64,000 nucleotides of DNA from Candidatus Latescibacterota bacterium (GTDB lineage: Bacteria; Latescibacterota; UBA2968). Where the stretch lies: contig OZ244960.1 of the NCBI GenBank assembly GCA_965222605.1, positions 6,048,001 to 6,112,000 on the forward strand. Direction: 5' to 3'. How positions within the stretch are numbered: position 1 is the stretch's first letter; every line of letters starts with the position of its first letter. Below, piece by piece: positions 41,144 to 50,719 of the stretch. The notes beneath the pieces were generated by a model that was given only the letters and a program-made list of their open reading frames with translations, did not search any database and was not told where the DNA came from. A program made the translations under genes and the position numbers.

Positions 41144-41266
41144 TTAAAAACGCCGGATAACTCGAAAACCGAAGCTGCCGTCCCGGAGAACGGTGGTAAA
41201 CCCGCTGCGATTCGCCGAACGCAAGTCCCCCGGTTCGCCGTACCACGAACCACCACGCAACACGCG
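41144..41266 (-). repeat. DGR variable repeat VR2
   Basis: 41159-41203 aligns to TR 44360-44404 with 14 mismatches, 13 at TR adenines. Confidence 0.9.
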
Positions 41267-43154
41267 ATAACCGCAGGCCCCAGACTCCCACTCACTCCCG
41301 TCTGTAGGAGCACCCACATAGCTATCATTCCAACAATCTTCCACCCACTCCCACACATTACCGTGCATGTCGTGAACACCCCAACCATTCGCGCTGAAGC
41401 TACCCACTGGTGCCGTCTCATCATTATCCCACCGACTGCCGCAACCATCGCAATTGGAACGGTTGCGACCTATCTCGTTACCCCAGCTATACCGCGTATC
41501 CGTCCCTGCCCGTGCCACATACTCCCATTCTGACTCGCTCAGTAAACCATACCTGTGACCCGTCCTTGCTGACAACCAACGCACATAAGACTCTGCATCG
41601 TCCCAACTCACATTGATCACTGGCCGATTACCTCAACCCCAGCCTCTATCCTCAGGACGATGCCCACCGCATCCTCCTGCATTTACACATGCATCCCACT
41701 CAGAAAACGTCACTTCATACACACCCACGGCCAGAGGATACCCTATATTCACGCGATGACGAGGTCCCTCATCATCATGACGGCCATCCTCGCCACTGGA
41801 TGACCCCATCGTGAATGATCCCGACGGCACTACCACCATCTCTGGGCATTCCGCACAGTCCTTACGTCCAATAATGCTATCCAGACCCGCGCTCGCTTTC
41901 TTATGTCCAGGCTCCAATGCCAATACCGCCTGATACTTCTCCCACGCATTCGCACCAGCAGGACTCGTCAGACGATCTCGTGCAAGATCTTCCTCTGCAC
42001 CTGATAACAGCGCAGACACCCTCGCTGCGTGTTCTCCTTCCTGCGCTTTAAGACGCTGATTGGGCACATATTCATATTGATAATATGAGACACCCCCTAT
42101 CAACACTGCAAGCAGACAGGCAATCGTAGCAAATAATTTCCCTTTAGATTTTTTGGGAGATTCTGATCGGTCATCGGTGCGCTGATGCACGGGGGACATC
42201 GACTTTCTGGCGATCCTGTCGTTCCGGTGGGGGAGTGGGTGGAGGCTCTGTCGGAGGAATACTCACGCCGCTTCCTGTTTCTTCTCCCAGCGCAACACGC
42301 CATTCAGCGATACTTTGTGGACGATTCGCCTTATGTACCTGCAACGACCTATCTATCGCTGAAAGAAATTCGTCACTCGCTCGACCCGCACATTGCTCAA
42401 CCACTGGCATCAGCGCGTCTTGGACTACTCTTTCTGTCGCATCCTCCGGCACTTGACCGGTCAACGCATGGTAGCACACGGCTCCCAATGCATAGATGCC
42501 TGTCCAGGGTCCTTGATCACCTCGACTTGAATACTGCTCTATTGGCGCGTAGCCCGGTGTGATGATGGACGTAATCGAACGGCTCTTCGTACTTATCGCT
42601 TGCCGCGCTGCGCCAAAGTCCAGCAACACAGGCGAATGGTCCGCATCCCGTATGATGATATTGCCCGGCTTGATGTCCCGGTGCAAGAAATCAGCCCCAT
42701 GCACCACCTCCAAACCTTCGAGGATCGGATACAAAATGGTTTTGAGTTCTTCTTCCCTCAGTGTCCCTCTGCTTTGAAGAAACTTCGATAAGGTGTCACC
42801 CTCGGCATATTCCATCACAATATACGCCGTGCCATGTGCCTGAAAAAAATGATGCACTTTAATAATGTGGCGATGGTCAAACCGGGCTAAGGTGCGCGCT
42901 TCGTCCCAAAAGCGATCCAATCCCCACGCAAAATCCGAGGCGGCCTGGGAGGACAGCGGTACGACCGACATATCGTGATCACGAACCGCAAGACCTTCGG
43001 GCAAATACTCTTTGATTGCCACGGGAATATCCAGTGTCATATTCCAGCCGAGATAGGTAATGCCAAAGCCGCCTTGACCTAAGATGCGGTGAAATTCAAA
43101 ATCCTGTATGCGCGTGCCCTGTGGCAGTGCCAATCGGTGGTGTGATTCGTTCAT
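41144..43154 (-). pseudogene. Ser/Thr kinase-TM-FGE-sulfatase/CLec protein, DGR target 2 (frameshift plus nonsense codon)
   Basis: Kinase motifs LGQGGFG, VAIK, HRDIKPGN, DFG; frameshift at ~42193 relative to the paralog; in-frame TGA at 41633-41635 in GWG*GNRPV; C-terminal RVLRGGSW..GFRV. Confidence 0.88.
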
Positions 43155-44170
43155 CTCGTTCCTTTCGATTGGGTTGTGGTGTCGGGGGCTGTTAATGAAT
43201 TCGCGGGGGTGTCCTCAGTCTTTTCCTTTGACGATTCCTCGCTCACTTTGCCTGTATCGGTCTGCTTTGATTGCTGAACGGGAGACCCTGTGAGCTTTTC
43301 TTTAAAGGCAGACCAAAGTCCCGACAAGCCTGTTTCTTGTTTTGATTCTTGCGTCTCTTCGCGCGGACTGGATTCCTCATCGGGAAGCATGCCCTCCCCG
43401 CAATCGGCTTCTGGGCGGTAGAGCAATACCGTGGTATTGTCCTGATTGGGCCGTCCGACCTCTTCCACAGCATGGATGAGTGCCTCGGCGACTTCTTCAA
43501 GCGGCGCGTCATGCTTGTTCTCTATAATACGCGCGATCTCTTCATCCTCAAGGGTCATTACACCATCACTGGCCAATAACAGGCGGTCGCTTTTCCGTAT
43601 CGCAATCGGTTGGGATGAGACATCTATCAGGTGAATCTCATCGCCCATGACCGCTGACCGCAGGGCATGGCGGTTGGAATCCGTCGCCGCTTCTTCCTCT
43701 GTCATGCGCCCGACCGCCACCAGGTTTGCAAGCACGGGTGCCATGGAGTGATCGGCATTGAGGCGGTGCAATTTGCCGTCGCGAAACAGCCACAAGGGAG
43801 AATCGCCCACGCTGATCCAGTCGAGTCCATGTTGTGAAATGACTGCTGCGACCACGGTTGACCCCATGCCCTTCAGTTCGGGATTTTCGTCCGTTGCTTC
43901 GGCAAGGGCGTCATTGGCTGCGGTGAGACAGGCGCGCAGACAATCCGGTATTGGCCCCTCTGTGCTGTGATAGGTCTCCACAAAGGTCTTGACCACCATT
44001 CTGCTGGCCGTATCGCCGCTGACGTGTCCCCCCATCCCATCGGCGAGCAATAACACTTCGCCTCCGTCAGTGTCGGGATCGCCGCGCTCAATCAGGCCGT
44101 AATCGTCCTCCTGATATTCACGTCCGCCGGGAATTTGTTGTGCGGCAAATCGGCCTTTTAGTCGATTCAT
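43151..44170 (-). CDS. PP2C-family Ser/Thr phosphatase
   Basis: GREYQED, LADGMGGH, MGST, VGDS, DHS, LASDG, QDNTT. Confidence 0.92.
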   Translation of the reverse strand: MNRLKGRFAAQQIPGGREYQEDDYGLIERGDPDTDGGEVLLLADGMGGHVSGDTASRMVVKTFVETYHSTEGPIPDCLRACLTAANDALAEATDENPELKGMGSTVVAAVISQHGLDWISVGDSPLWLFRDGKLHRLNADHSMAPVLANLVAVGRMTEEEAATDSNRHALRSAVMGDEIHLIDVSSQPIAIRKSDRLLLASDGVMTLEDEEIARIIENKHDAPLEEVAEALIHAVEEVGRPNQDNTTVLLYRPEADCGEGMLPDEESSPREETQESKQETGLSGLWSAFKEKLTGSPVQQSKQTDTGKVSEESSKEKTEDTPANSLTAPDTTTQSKGTR

Positions 44171-44227
44171 GGTGTTCCTCCATAACGGCGCAAGACCGCT
44201 GCTGTTTCGTAAGCATCGTAAAATATA

Positions 44228-44405
44228 GTGGTGTCCCTTCCTCACAGGTGCGAGGCAAAAGGAACACCACTCCTACCTCATCATGACCGCCCCTGGACGC
44301 CCCGTTGCACTCCCGGCAACATCCTGGTGTTATCGGTTCTGGCTAACGAGCGTGCGGACAACTCGAAAACCGTTATTGTTGTTCCGGTTTTCGGTGGTAT
44401 TCCTG
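44228..44405 (-). ncRNA. DGR template repeat (3' remnant, 44355-44405) and downstream structured flank
   Basis: AGG AAT ACC ACC GAA AAC CGG AAC AAC AAT AAC GGT TTT CGA GTT: AAY-rich copy of both VRs; long hairpin at 44228-44270. Confidence 0.88.
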
Positions 44406-44748
44406 TGTGCGGGCACAGGCGATGCGCCGCCGCAGGTCACGCTTGAGGATTTCGTGGTCAATAGCAGGGAAGTAGCGATAGAGGTCGCAGCGCAATACAT
44501 GGCGAAAACGGTCTCGGAATGTTTCGTAGCGGGCTATGGCGCGATGGGTTCCCTTGCCCTTGCGATTGGCATAGGTATCATAAATAAAGCCGCGTTCAAA
44601 AATCGGCTCGCATACCGCGCAAAAAGCGTGATGCACCACCCGATCTCGAAAGGGCGCAGCCGAGACGATGCGGTGCTTGGGGTCGAATATCTCGATCTCG
44701 GTGTATCGCCCCGGACGGTATTGACCTGTTTTGAGTTCCCGCTCTAAG
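44406..44748 (-). pseudogene. DGR reverse transcriptase, internal fragment
   Basis: YRPGRY..IFDPKHRIVSAAPFRDRVVHHA, YANRKGKGTHRA, LRCDLYRYFPAIDH; no start and no YxDD region. Confidence 0.9.
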
Positions 44749-44912
44749 GGATTCCAACACGTTGAGGGCAGTACTTTGTATGCGGTCGCCCAGTAGGAAC
44801 TTCTGATTGCGGGGAAATCGCTCCAGTGTAGGCACGAGCCACAGGATGAACTGGTAATGTGCCTCCAGTGCCGGCCCAGTTTGACGTGCGTTGATCCTTG
44901 ACAGATCATTCA
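44747..44912 (-). pseudogene. avd: DGR accessory variability determinant, N-terminal half
   Basis: AGGAG RBS; ALEAHYQFILWLVPTLERFPRNQKFLLGDRIQSTALNVLESL four-helix-bundle Avd pattern, fused out of frame to RT. Confidence 0.82.
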
Positions 44913-45043
44913 AAAGATGGACTCCTGATAAAACACCCCTCAAAAAAAATCGTAAAACCCCCGGGAAAACCCAAAATCAACCCCCTCAAAATCCAAAACT
45001 CTCCCTCCCCCAAAAAAGAGGTAAAGAGGTAAGGATAAAAGAG

Positions 45044-45166
45044 TTAAAAACGCCGGGCAACTCGAAAACCGTAATCGTCGTACCGGTATACGGTGGGATT
45101 CCAGAAGCGATTCGCCGAACGCAAGAGCCTCGGATAGTAGTACCACGAACCACCACGCAACACGCG
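45044..45166 (-). repeat. DGR variable repeat VR1
   Basis: 45059-45103 aligns to TR 44360-44404 with 8 mismatches, all at TR adenines. Confidence 0.92.
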
Positions 45167-46978
45167 TCTATCGCAATTACCAGACTCCCACGCAGACCCA
45201 TCTATAGGTGCCCCCACATAGCTGTCATTCCAACAGTCTTCCACCCATTCCCACCCATTCCCGTGCATATCGTGAACACCCCAACCATTCGCCCTGAAAC
45301 TTCCCACAGATACGGTATTCCCTCTATACACACCTTTCCGACCAGTACCGTAGGTATAATTACCATTGTAATTCGCTTGATCCGTCGATATTGTTGTACC
45401 AAAATGAAAGGGCGTCTCCGTACCCGCTCGCGCCACATACTCCCATTCCGATTCACTCAGTAAACCATACCGGTGACCTGTCTTTTGAGATAACCAACGC
45501 ACATAAGACTGTGCATCGTCCCAACTCATGCACACCACAGGATGGCTATCCGCCTGAGAATAATTAGGATTACGCCAACTTATCCCTCTTCGATTCTCCC
45601 ATTTAATGGAGGAACTATTCCAAACATAACAAGAATTTCCCGCATTGTACCCCGTATCTGACACAAAACTGGAAAACTCTCTTCGCGTCACTTCATACAC
45701 ACCCACGGCCAGAGGATACCCTATATTCACGCGATGACGAGGGCCCTCATCGTCATAACGATCTTCCTCGCTACTGGGAGAACCCATCGTGAACGATCCC
45801 GACGGCACTACCACCATCTCTGGGCATTCCGCACAGTCCTTGAATTTCCTGCCTGCGCGATGAAGCTCTGCCTCGCGCGCTGCTGACAACCGATCTTCCA
45901 GTTCCGATTGGTAATAATAGACACCCCCTATCAGCACGGTAAGCAGGCAGGCTACTGTTGCAATTAATTTCCCTTTAGGTTTCTTGGAAGATTCTGAGCG
46001 GTCATCGGTGCGCTGATGCACGGAGGGAACAGCGACTTCCTCTCGATCCTGTTTTTTTGATGGGGGAGTGGTTGGAGGCTTTCTCGGGCCGCTTCCTGTT
46101 TCTTCTCCCAGCGCAACACGCCATTCAGCGATACTTTGCGGACGATTCTCCTTATGCACCTGCAACGCCCAATCTATTGCCGATAGAAATTCGACACGCG
46201 CTTGACCCGCGCATTGCTCAGACGCTGGAATGAGCGGATCAAGGGCTACTCTGTCTGGTGCCTCATCAGGACCCTCACCGGCCAAGGCGCGATAGCACAC
46301 CGCACCCAATGCATAAATGTCTGTACCCGGTCCTTGTTCTCCCCGACTCGAATACTGCTCTATTGGCGAGTAAGGTGGTGAGATAATCGCATCAATAGAC
46401 TGGCTCCTAATACCGATCGCCTGACGCGCTGCGCCAAAGTCCAACAGCACAGGCGAATTGTCCGCATCCCGTATGATGATGTTGAGAGGCTTGATGTCAC
46501 GGTGCAAGAAATCAACCCCATGCACCTCCTCCAAACCATCCAGTATCGGATACAAAATGGCTTTGAGTTCGGCTTCACTCAGCGGCCCTCTGCTTTGCAG
46601 AAACTTCGATAAGGTCTCGCCCTCGGCATATTCCATCACGATATACGCCGTGCCATGGGTTTGAAAAAAGCGATGCACTTTAATGATGTGGCGATGATCG
46701 AACCGGGCTAAGGTGCGCGCTTCGTCCAAAAAACGATCCAATCCCCACTCAAAATCATCTCGAAACTGACTCGCTTGTGGAGCTACGCTGTTGTCGCCTG
46801 TGCGCGTGGCTATATCCGATGGCAGGTATTCCTTAATCGCAACGGCTTTGTCCAGGTTGTGGTCAAAGCCGAGGTAGGTCATGCCGAAGCCGCCAAATCC
46901 GAGCACGCGCACCAGTTCGTATTCCTGGAGCCGATGCCCCTGGGGCAGGGCATTGAGGGGGTGGTGTGCGTCGTTCAT
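45044..46978 (-). CDS. Ser/Thr kinase-TM-FGE-sulfatase/CLec protein, DGR target 1 (intact)
   Basis: LGFGGFG, VAIK, HRDIKPLN, DFG; TM LIATVACLLTVLIGGVYYY; [45 protein letters not shown]. Confidence 0.93.
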   Translation of the reverse strand: MNDAHHPLNALPQGHRLQEYELVRVLGFGGFGMTYLGFDHNLDKAVAIKEYLPSDIATRTGDNSVAPQASQFRDDFEWGLDRFLDEARTLARFDHRHIIKVHRFFQTHGTAYIVMEYAEGETLSKFLQSRGPLSEAELKAILYPILDGLEEVHGVDFLHRDIKPLNIIIRDADNSPVLLDFGAARQAIGIRSQSIDAIISPPYSPIEQYSSRGEQGPGTDIYALGAVCYRALAGEGPDEAPDRVALDPLIPASEQCAGQARVEFLSAIDWALQVHKENRPQSIAEWRVALGEETGSGPRKPPTTPPSKKQDREEVAVPSVHQRTDDRSESSKKPKGKLIATVACLLTVLIGGVYYYQSELEDRLSAAREAELHRAGRKFKDCAECPEMVVVPSGSFTMGSPSSEEDRYDDEGPRHRVNIGYPLAVGVYEVTRREFSSFVSDTGYNAGNSCYVWNSSSIKWENRRGISWRNPNYSQADSHPVVCMSWDDAQSYVRWLSQKTGHRYGLLSESEWEYVARAGTETPFHFGTTISTDQANYNGNYTYGTGRKGVYRGNTVSVGSFRANGWGVHDMHGNGWEWVEDCWNDSYVGAPIDGSAWESGNCDRRVLRGGSWYYYPRLLRSANRFWNPTVYRYDDYGFRVARRF

Positions 46979-47013
46979 AGTATTTCCCTTGATGGTGTGT
47001 TCTTATTCCCGGG

Positions 47014-47718
47014 TTATTGTCCAGCACTTTCTTCTGTATCCTGCCAGTCAAACGCATCGCCGCACAGGGGCACAAAGCGAAGAATCGTATTGCCGATGCT
47101 AATATGACTCAGTGCGGGCAGTTCAGTCGGAATGAGCACAGGTTCGTCGTTGAGGTAGGTCAGGTTGGTGCCGCCGCCATGCTGTACGTAAAATTTCTTG
47201 CCCCGGGGATCGTAGGTGACAACCGCATGTCCACCGCGCGAAATTTGATCATCACCAAAATTGAGTTTGACGCGTGCGGTTTCTCCGCGCCCAATGGGAT
47301 TGGAGCCATAGCCCAATTGCATGGCCCTGCCTTTGCCCGGTCCTTCGACAATGGCCAACCATCCCACAACGGGATCATCCATGCCATCGGCTTTCTCTGC
47401 GCTTTCTTCCGACGATTGCGGACCTTTCTGCCTGGTACGACCACCTGTGTTTATGCGCGTGCGTTCTTCTTCATCCGAACGTCCCGCGTCGGTGGCTCGA
47501 CCACCGCCTTTCGGTACTGTTGGCCGTTGTTGCATTGGCTTTGTGGGATCCTCTAAACGTCCCCCACCGGGGGCTTGACCACCGCCCGGTGGCACTGACG
47601 GCCTGTTTGCGCCATCAGGTTGTGGCAGGGTATTCTCATCACGCCTGACATTCGGTGATGGAGTCGGCTTGCTTTTTTCTTCAACGATATTGCCATCGGG
47701 ATCGCGATAAACAGGCAT
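47014..47718 (-). CDS. FHA domain protein with disordered N-terminus
   Basis: VVGWLAIVEGPGKG, IGRG, ISRGGHA, TNLTYLN. Confidence 0.85.
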   Translation of the reverse strand: MPVYRDPDGNIVEEKSKPTPSPNVRRDENTLPQPDGANRPSVPPGGGQAPGGGRLEDPTKPMQQRPTVPKGGGRATDAGRSDEEERTRINTGGRTRQKGPQSSEESAEKADGMDDPVVGWLAIVEGPGKGRAMQLGYGSNPIGRGETARVKLNFGDDQISRGGHAVVTYDPRGKKFYVQHGGGTNLTYLNDEPVLIPTELPALSHISIGNTILRFVPLCGDAFDWQDTEESAGQ

Positions 47719-47730
47719 AACACTATCCTC

Positions 47731-48515
47731 CTATTTTTCATAGAGTCGGTTGATTAAATTATCCAAACAGTACTGCCCCGATTGATTCAGGGCCATTTCT
47801 TCTTTTTGTTGCACGATATGCAGGGCAAAAACCAACAGAGCCGATTGGATCAGGGCGAGTAAGGTCGTGTAAAAGGCCACGCTTAGTCGCCCGGTGATCT
47901 CCGCCAGTAGCGTTGGATCCTGGGGCTTTTCATTGCTTCCCGCATAATCCAGGGCAAAGGCGATCCCCACAACCGTGCCAATAAAGCCCAACGTGGGGAT
48001 CAGCCAGACGAGGTACCGCAACATGGTATATTTGAGTTCAAGCTCGTGCTGAAATAACTCCAGGGAGGAATTTAATAGGGAATTGGTCTGATTGACCGAT
48101 CTGCTCCCTTGAAATTGCAAAATGCAGCGCATGGTTAAGCGCTGTAAAAAGAATGTCCGTTCTCCCACCACTGGGCGCATCCTGTTGTAGAGAGAACCCA
48201 GGTCTTGCGCCCGCAACATGGTTGTTTCGTCTTCCGGCAGGTATCGCTTTGATAGTTGCGCCAATTCCAAATTAGATTGATTAAATTGCCCCCAAATCTC
48301 GCCACAGCCAATAAAAAACATAATCCACATGACATTTTGGATCGTAAACGGATAGAGGAAACTTTTCGTATGCCGGTCGAGCAAAAAAGCACCGGCTTGT
48401 GAATCCTTGCAGACAAAAAAATGCTCATTAACGCAATGGCGATAATGCCAATAACCGTACTAACCCCAAGTGCGATGAGGCGTTGATTTGTCTCTGCATT
48501 TTGACCCTGTGTCAT
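47731..48515 (-). pseudogene. MotA/TolQ/ExbB proton-channel family protein, frameshifted near 48407
   Basis: IPTLGFIGTVVGI and LSVAFYTTLLAL helices; N-terminal TM lies in a different frame. Confidence 0.75.
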
Positions 48516-48516
48516 G

Positions 48517-48909
48517 TTAGTCCTCGTTTTGAATGATTTCACCTGTTTCTATTTTGCGACGCACCGCCCCCTCGGGTAAGTCATTCGTCGGCGATTTCTC
48601 TTCGCTCGAATGCTCATCCCCTTTATTATCACCAGCACCTCGAGCGACCATAGCGATAAGTTGTGGTGCGGTCGTCTGATAGCGACCAAGCAAAATAACG
48701 TCCGTCGGACGAATAAAATCCTGCCTGATGGGGATCCATTCGCCATTTCGCGCAACATAACTTCCGCCGCTACTGCCGCAATCGGTCAGATAGAACGTCC
48801 CTTTTGCAGTCATGACCAACTCGGCGTGGATGCGCGAGACTGTGATGTCGTCAAGGCGAATATCCATGTCCGAATTGCGACCAATTTTATACGTGGAAAA
48901 GTTGGACAT
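48517..48909 (-). CDS. FHA domain protein
   Basis: IGRNSDMDI, VSRIHAEL, DCGSSGGSYV. Confidence 0.85.
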   Translation of the reverse strand: MSNFSTYKIGRNSDMDIRLDDITVSRIHAELVMTAKGTFYLTDCGSSGGSYVARNGEWIPIRQDFIRPTDVILLGRYQTTAPQLIAMVARGAGDNKGDEHSSEEKSPTNDLPEGAVRRKIETGEIIQNED

Positions 48910-48925
48910 TTCGAATCCTTTCTGT

Positions 48926-49306
48926 TCAACCGAGTTTAGCACCTACAAGGTACCCGACGTTCTGCTCTGTCAACTGTATTAAAAAATCGATACTGCCAGA
49001 CATATCTACTACGATTACAAACTTTTTTGCTATGGTCTTGATACCCAGTAAAACAGATGTACTATCTTTCTGTACCGCTTTGCCTCCGCCTCCTGCAAGC
49101 TTGTCTTTCTCTCCTATGAGTTTATCTTTCTCTCCCATGAGTTTGTCTCTCTCTTGGATGAGTTTGGCTATTTCTTCAGCATCGCCGGTATTTGGAAAGT
49201 ATGGAAACAGGACAAAGGCAATGAGTATGAACGCGCCCATTGCCGAAGCGAAGAGATCGAGCGCAGACATGCTGAAGATGTTCAGTTCTCGGTTGCGGGA
49301 TTTCAT
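48926..49306 (-). pseudogene. Membrane-anchored coiled-coil/VWA-like protein, apparently truncated
   Basis: FSMSALDLFASAMGAFILI anchor, EKDKL repeats, VIVVDMSGS MIDAS-like motif followed by a rapid stop. Confidence 0.55.
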
Positions 49307-49321
49307 TACGAGGCACTCCTG

Positions 49322-50719
49322 TTAAAATTTTGAAACCATGACCTCCAGACCACCCAGCGCAACGGTAGCGCCATAGTCTAACTGCGCTAGGCGAAATGGA
49401 GACAAGCGATGACCATTCAAGAACGTTCCATTACTCGAGTACAGATCTTCGATATAAAATTGGTCATCCTGAACTGTAATTCTCAAATGGCGCCGGGATA
49501 CCTGTTCATCATGGATAACTTCATCTACCAGATCGGGATGCCTGCCCAGTGAAAGTCCCGGGCGTTGCTCTGCAAATTTTTCTGGCGATAGCGCGATGTG
49601 AATGCGGTTGCCCTGACCGTCAAATCCGGCCAGCACCAGTCCACGTGTTGGGCGTTGTTTTTCTGGTTGTTGTTTTTCTACTTGTTGTTGAACCGCGCCA
49701 TCGCGTTCTCGCCTTCTGATAGGGCGGCTCATCTGATCTATGACTTGAATGATCTGTTGCCGGGGTCTTCTTAAGCCAAGTAACAGGGCTGCCAATGTCA
49801 AACTGCCCAATAATATGCCCCAGACAAGAGTTTGCTGGCTCGCTTCTTCTGCACGACGCTTTGCTTCATCTGCCTTTTGTTGCGCCTTTTCCATTTCCCG
49901 GTTTGCTTCTTCTGATCGGCGTTTGGCTTCTTCTGCCTGACGCTTGGTCTCTTCCGCCTCTTGAAGTGCCTCTTCCGATCTTCCAGAATCTCCATTACCG
50001 ACATTTGACAAACACGGACTGTTCTCTGATTGGAAGGGAATAGTGTGATATTGCAAGAGCCTTACCAATTCCTGAATATGAGAGGCATAGAAAGCACCTG
50101 GTTTCTCTCCTTCGATTCCCTGAGTATTCACGCCAACCGCTCTGCCACAGTCATCCAACAAAGGCCCACCGCTGTTGCCGGGATTGATTTGTGCACTATG
50201 GTGAAGAATGCGTAATTGTTGATTTCTACCCTCAAGTCCCCAGGGAGCCGTATAATCTCGGCTAATGTCGCCACTTCGCGCTGTTGTATCTTTGGCTTTC
50301 TCGTGTATATCGCCAACACTGGGATAGCCGAGAGAATACACCTTTTGTAATTTTTTGATTGGCGCGAGCGAAAGAGTAATCGGCGAAAGATTTATATTTG
50401 GGACATGCAGGATTGCCAGGTCGCGTTGAAAGTCTCTGACGACCACTTTCGCATCATACGATGTACTGGAATTTGTTGGCACTACCACGATTTTAAGGCC
50501 ATTCTCAATCACATGGTAGTTTGTCGCAATATAACCACTACAGTTTATCACAAATCCAGAACCTGTACCGGTCCCTTGACTTGTCTCTGTTACAATACGC
50601 ACGACACTCTTCTCAATTACATCAATAGTATCGACCAGCGCGGCGGCTGCATCGTGCCCGTGAAGTAGAAATGCGAGAACAAGACCGGCAAGACGCCAAT
50701 ATTTGAGTTTGTTTGGCAT
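49322..50719 (-). CDS. Signal peptide-trypsin-like protease-coiled coil-TM-FHA protein
   Basis: GSGF, TNYHV, DLAIL, NPGNSGGPL catalytic triad; TM; LGRHP, VSRRH, SSNGTFLNG. Confidence 0.9.
   Translation of the reverse strand: MPNKLKYWRLAGLVLAFLLHGHDAAAALVDTIDVIEKSVVRIVTETSQGTGTGSGFVINCSGYIATNYHVIENGLKIVVVPTNSSTSYDAKVVVRDFQRDLAILHVPNINLSPITLSLAPIKKLQKVYSLGYPSVGDIHEKAKDTTARSGDISRDYTAPWGLEGRNQQLRILHHSAQINPGNSGGPLLDDCGRAVGVNTQGIEGEKPGAFYASHIQELVRLLQYHTIPFQSENSPCLSNVGNGDSGRSEEALQEAEETKRQAEEAKRRSEEANREMEKAQQKADEAKRRAEEASQQTLVWGILLGSLTLAALLLGLRRPRQQIIQVIDQMSRPIRRRERDGAVQQQVEKQQPEKQRPTRGLVLAGFDGQGNRIHIALSPEKFAEQRPGLSLGRHPDLVDEVIHDEQVSRRHLRITVQDDQFYIEDLYSSNGTFLNGHRLSPFRLAQLDYGATVALGGLEVMVSKF

Noticed and set aside
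41633-41635. TGA as a recoded codon (Sec, Trp or Gly)
   Set aside because: Many intact genes here end in TGA; the position fits Arg (CGA to TGA), and the same gene also has a frameshift
44406-44748. RT fragment as a group II intron or retron
   Set aside because: SAAPFRDRVVHHA and GKGTH motifs, adjacent Avd and a TR/VR pair indicate a DGR
45044-45850. FGE-sulfatase domain as a sulfatase-maturation enzyme for the many sulfatases
   Set aside because: It is fused to a kinase and TM, and the region after RGGSW lacks the catalytic Cys pair and is instead the variable repeat
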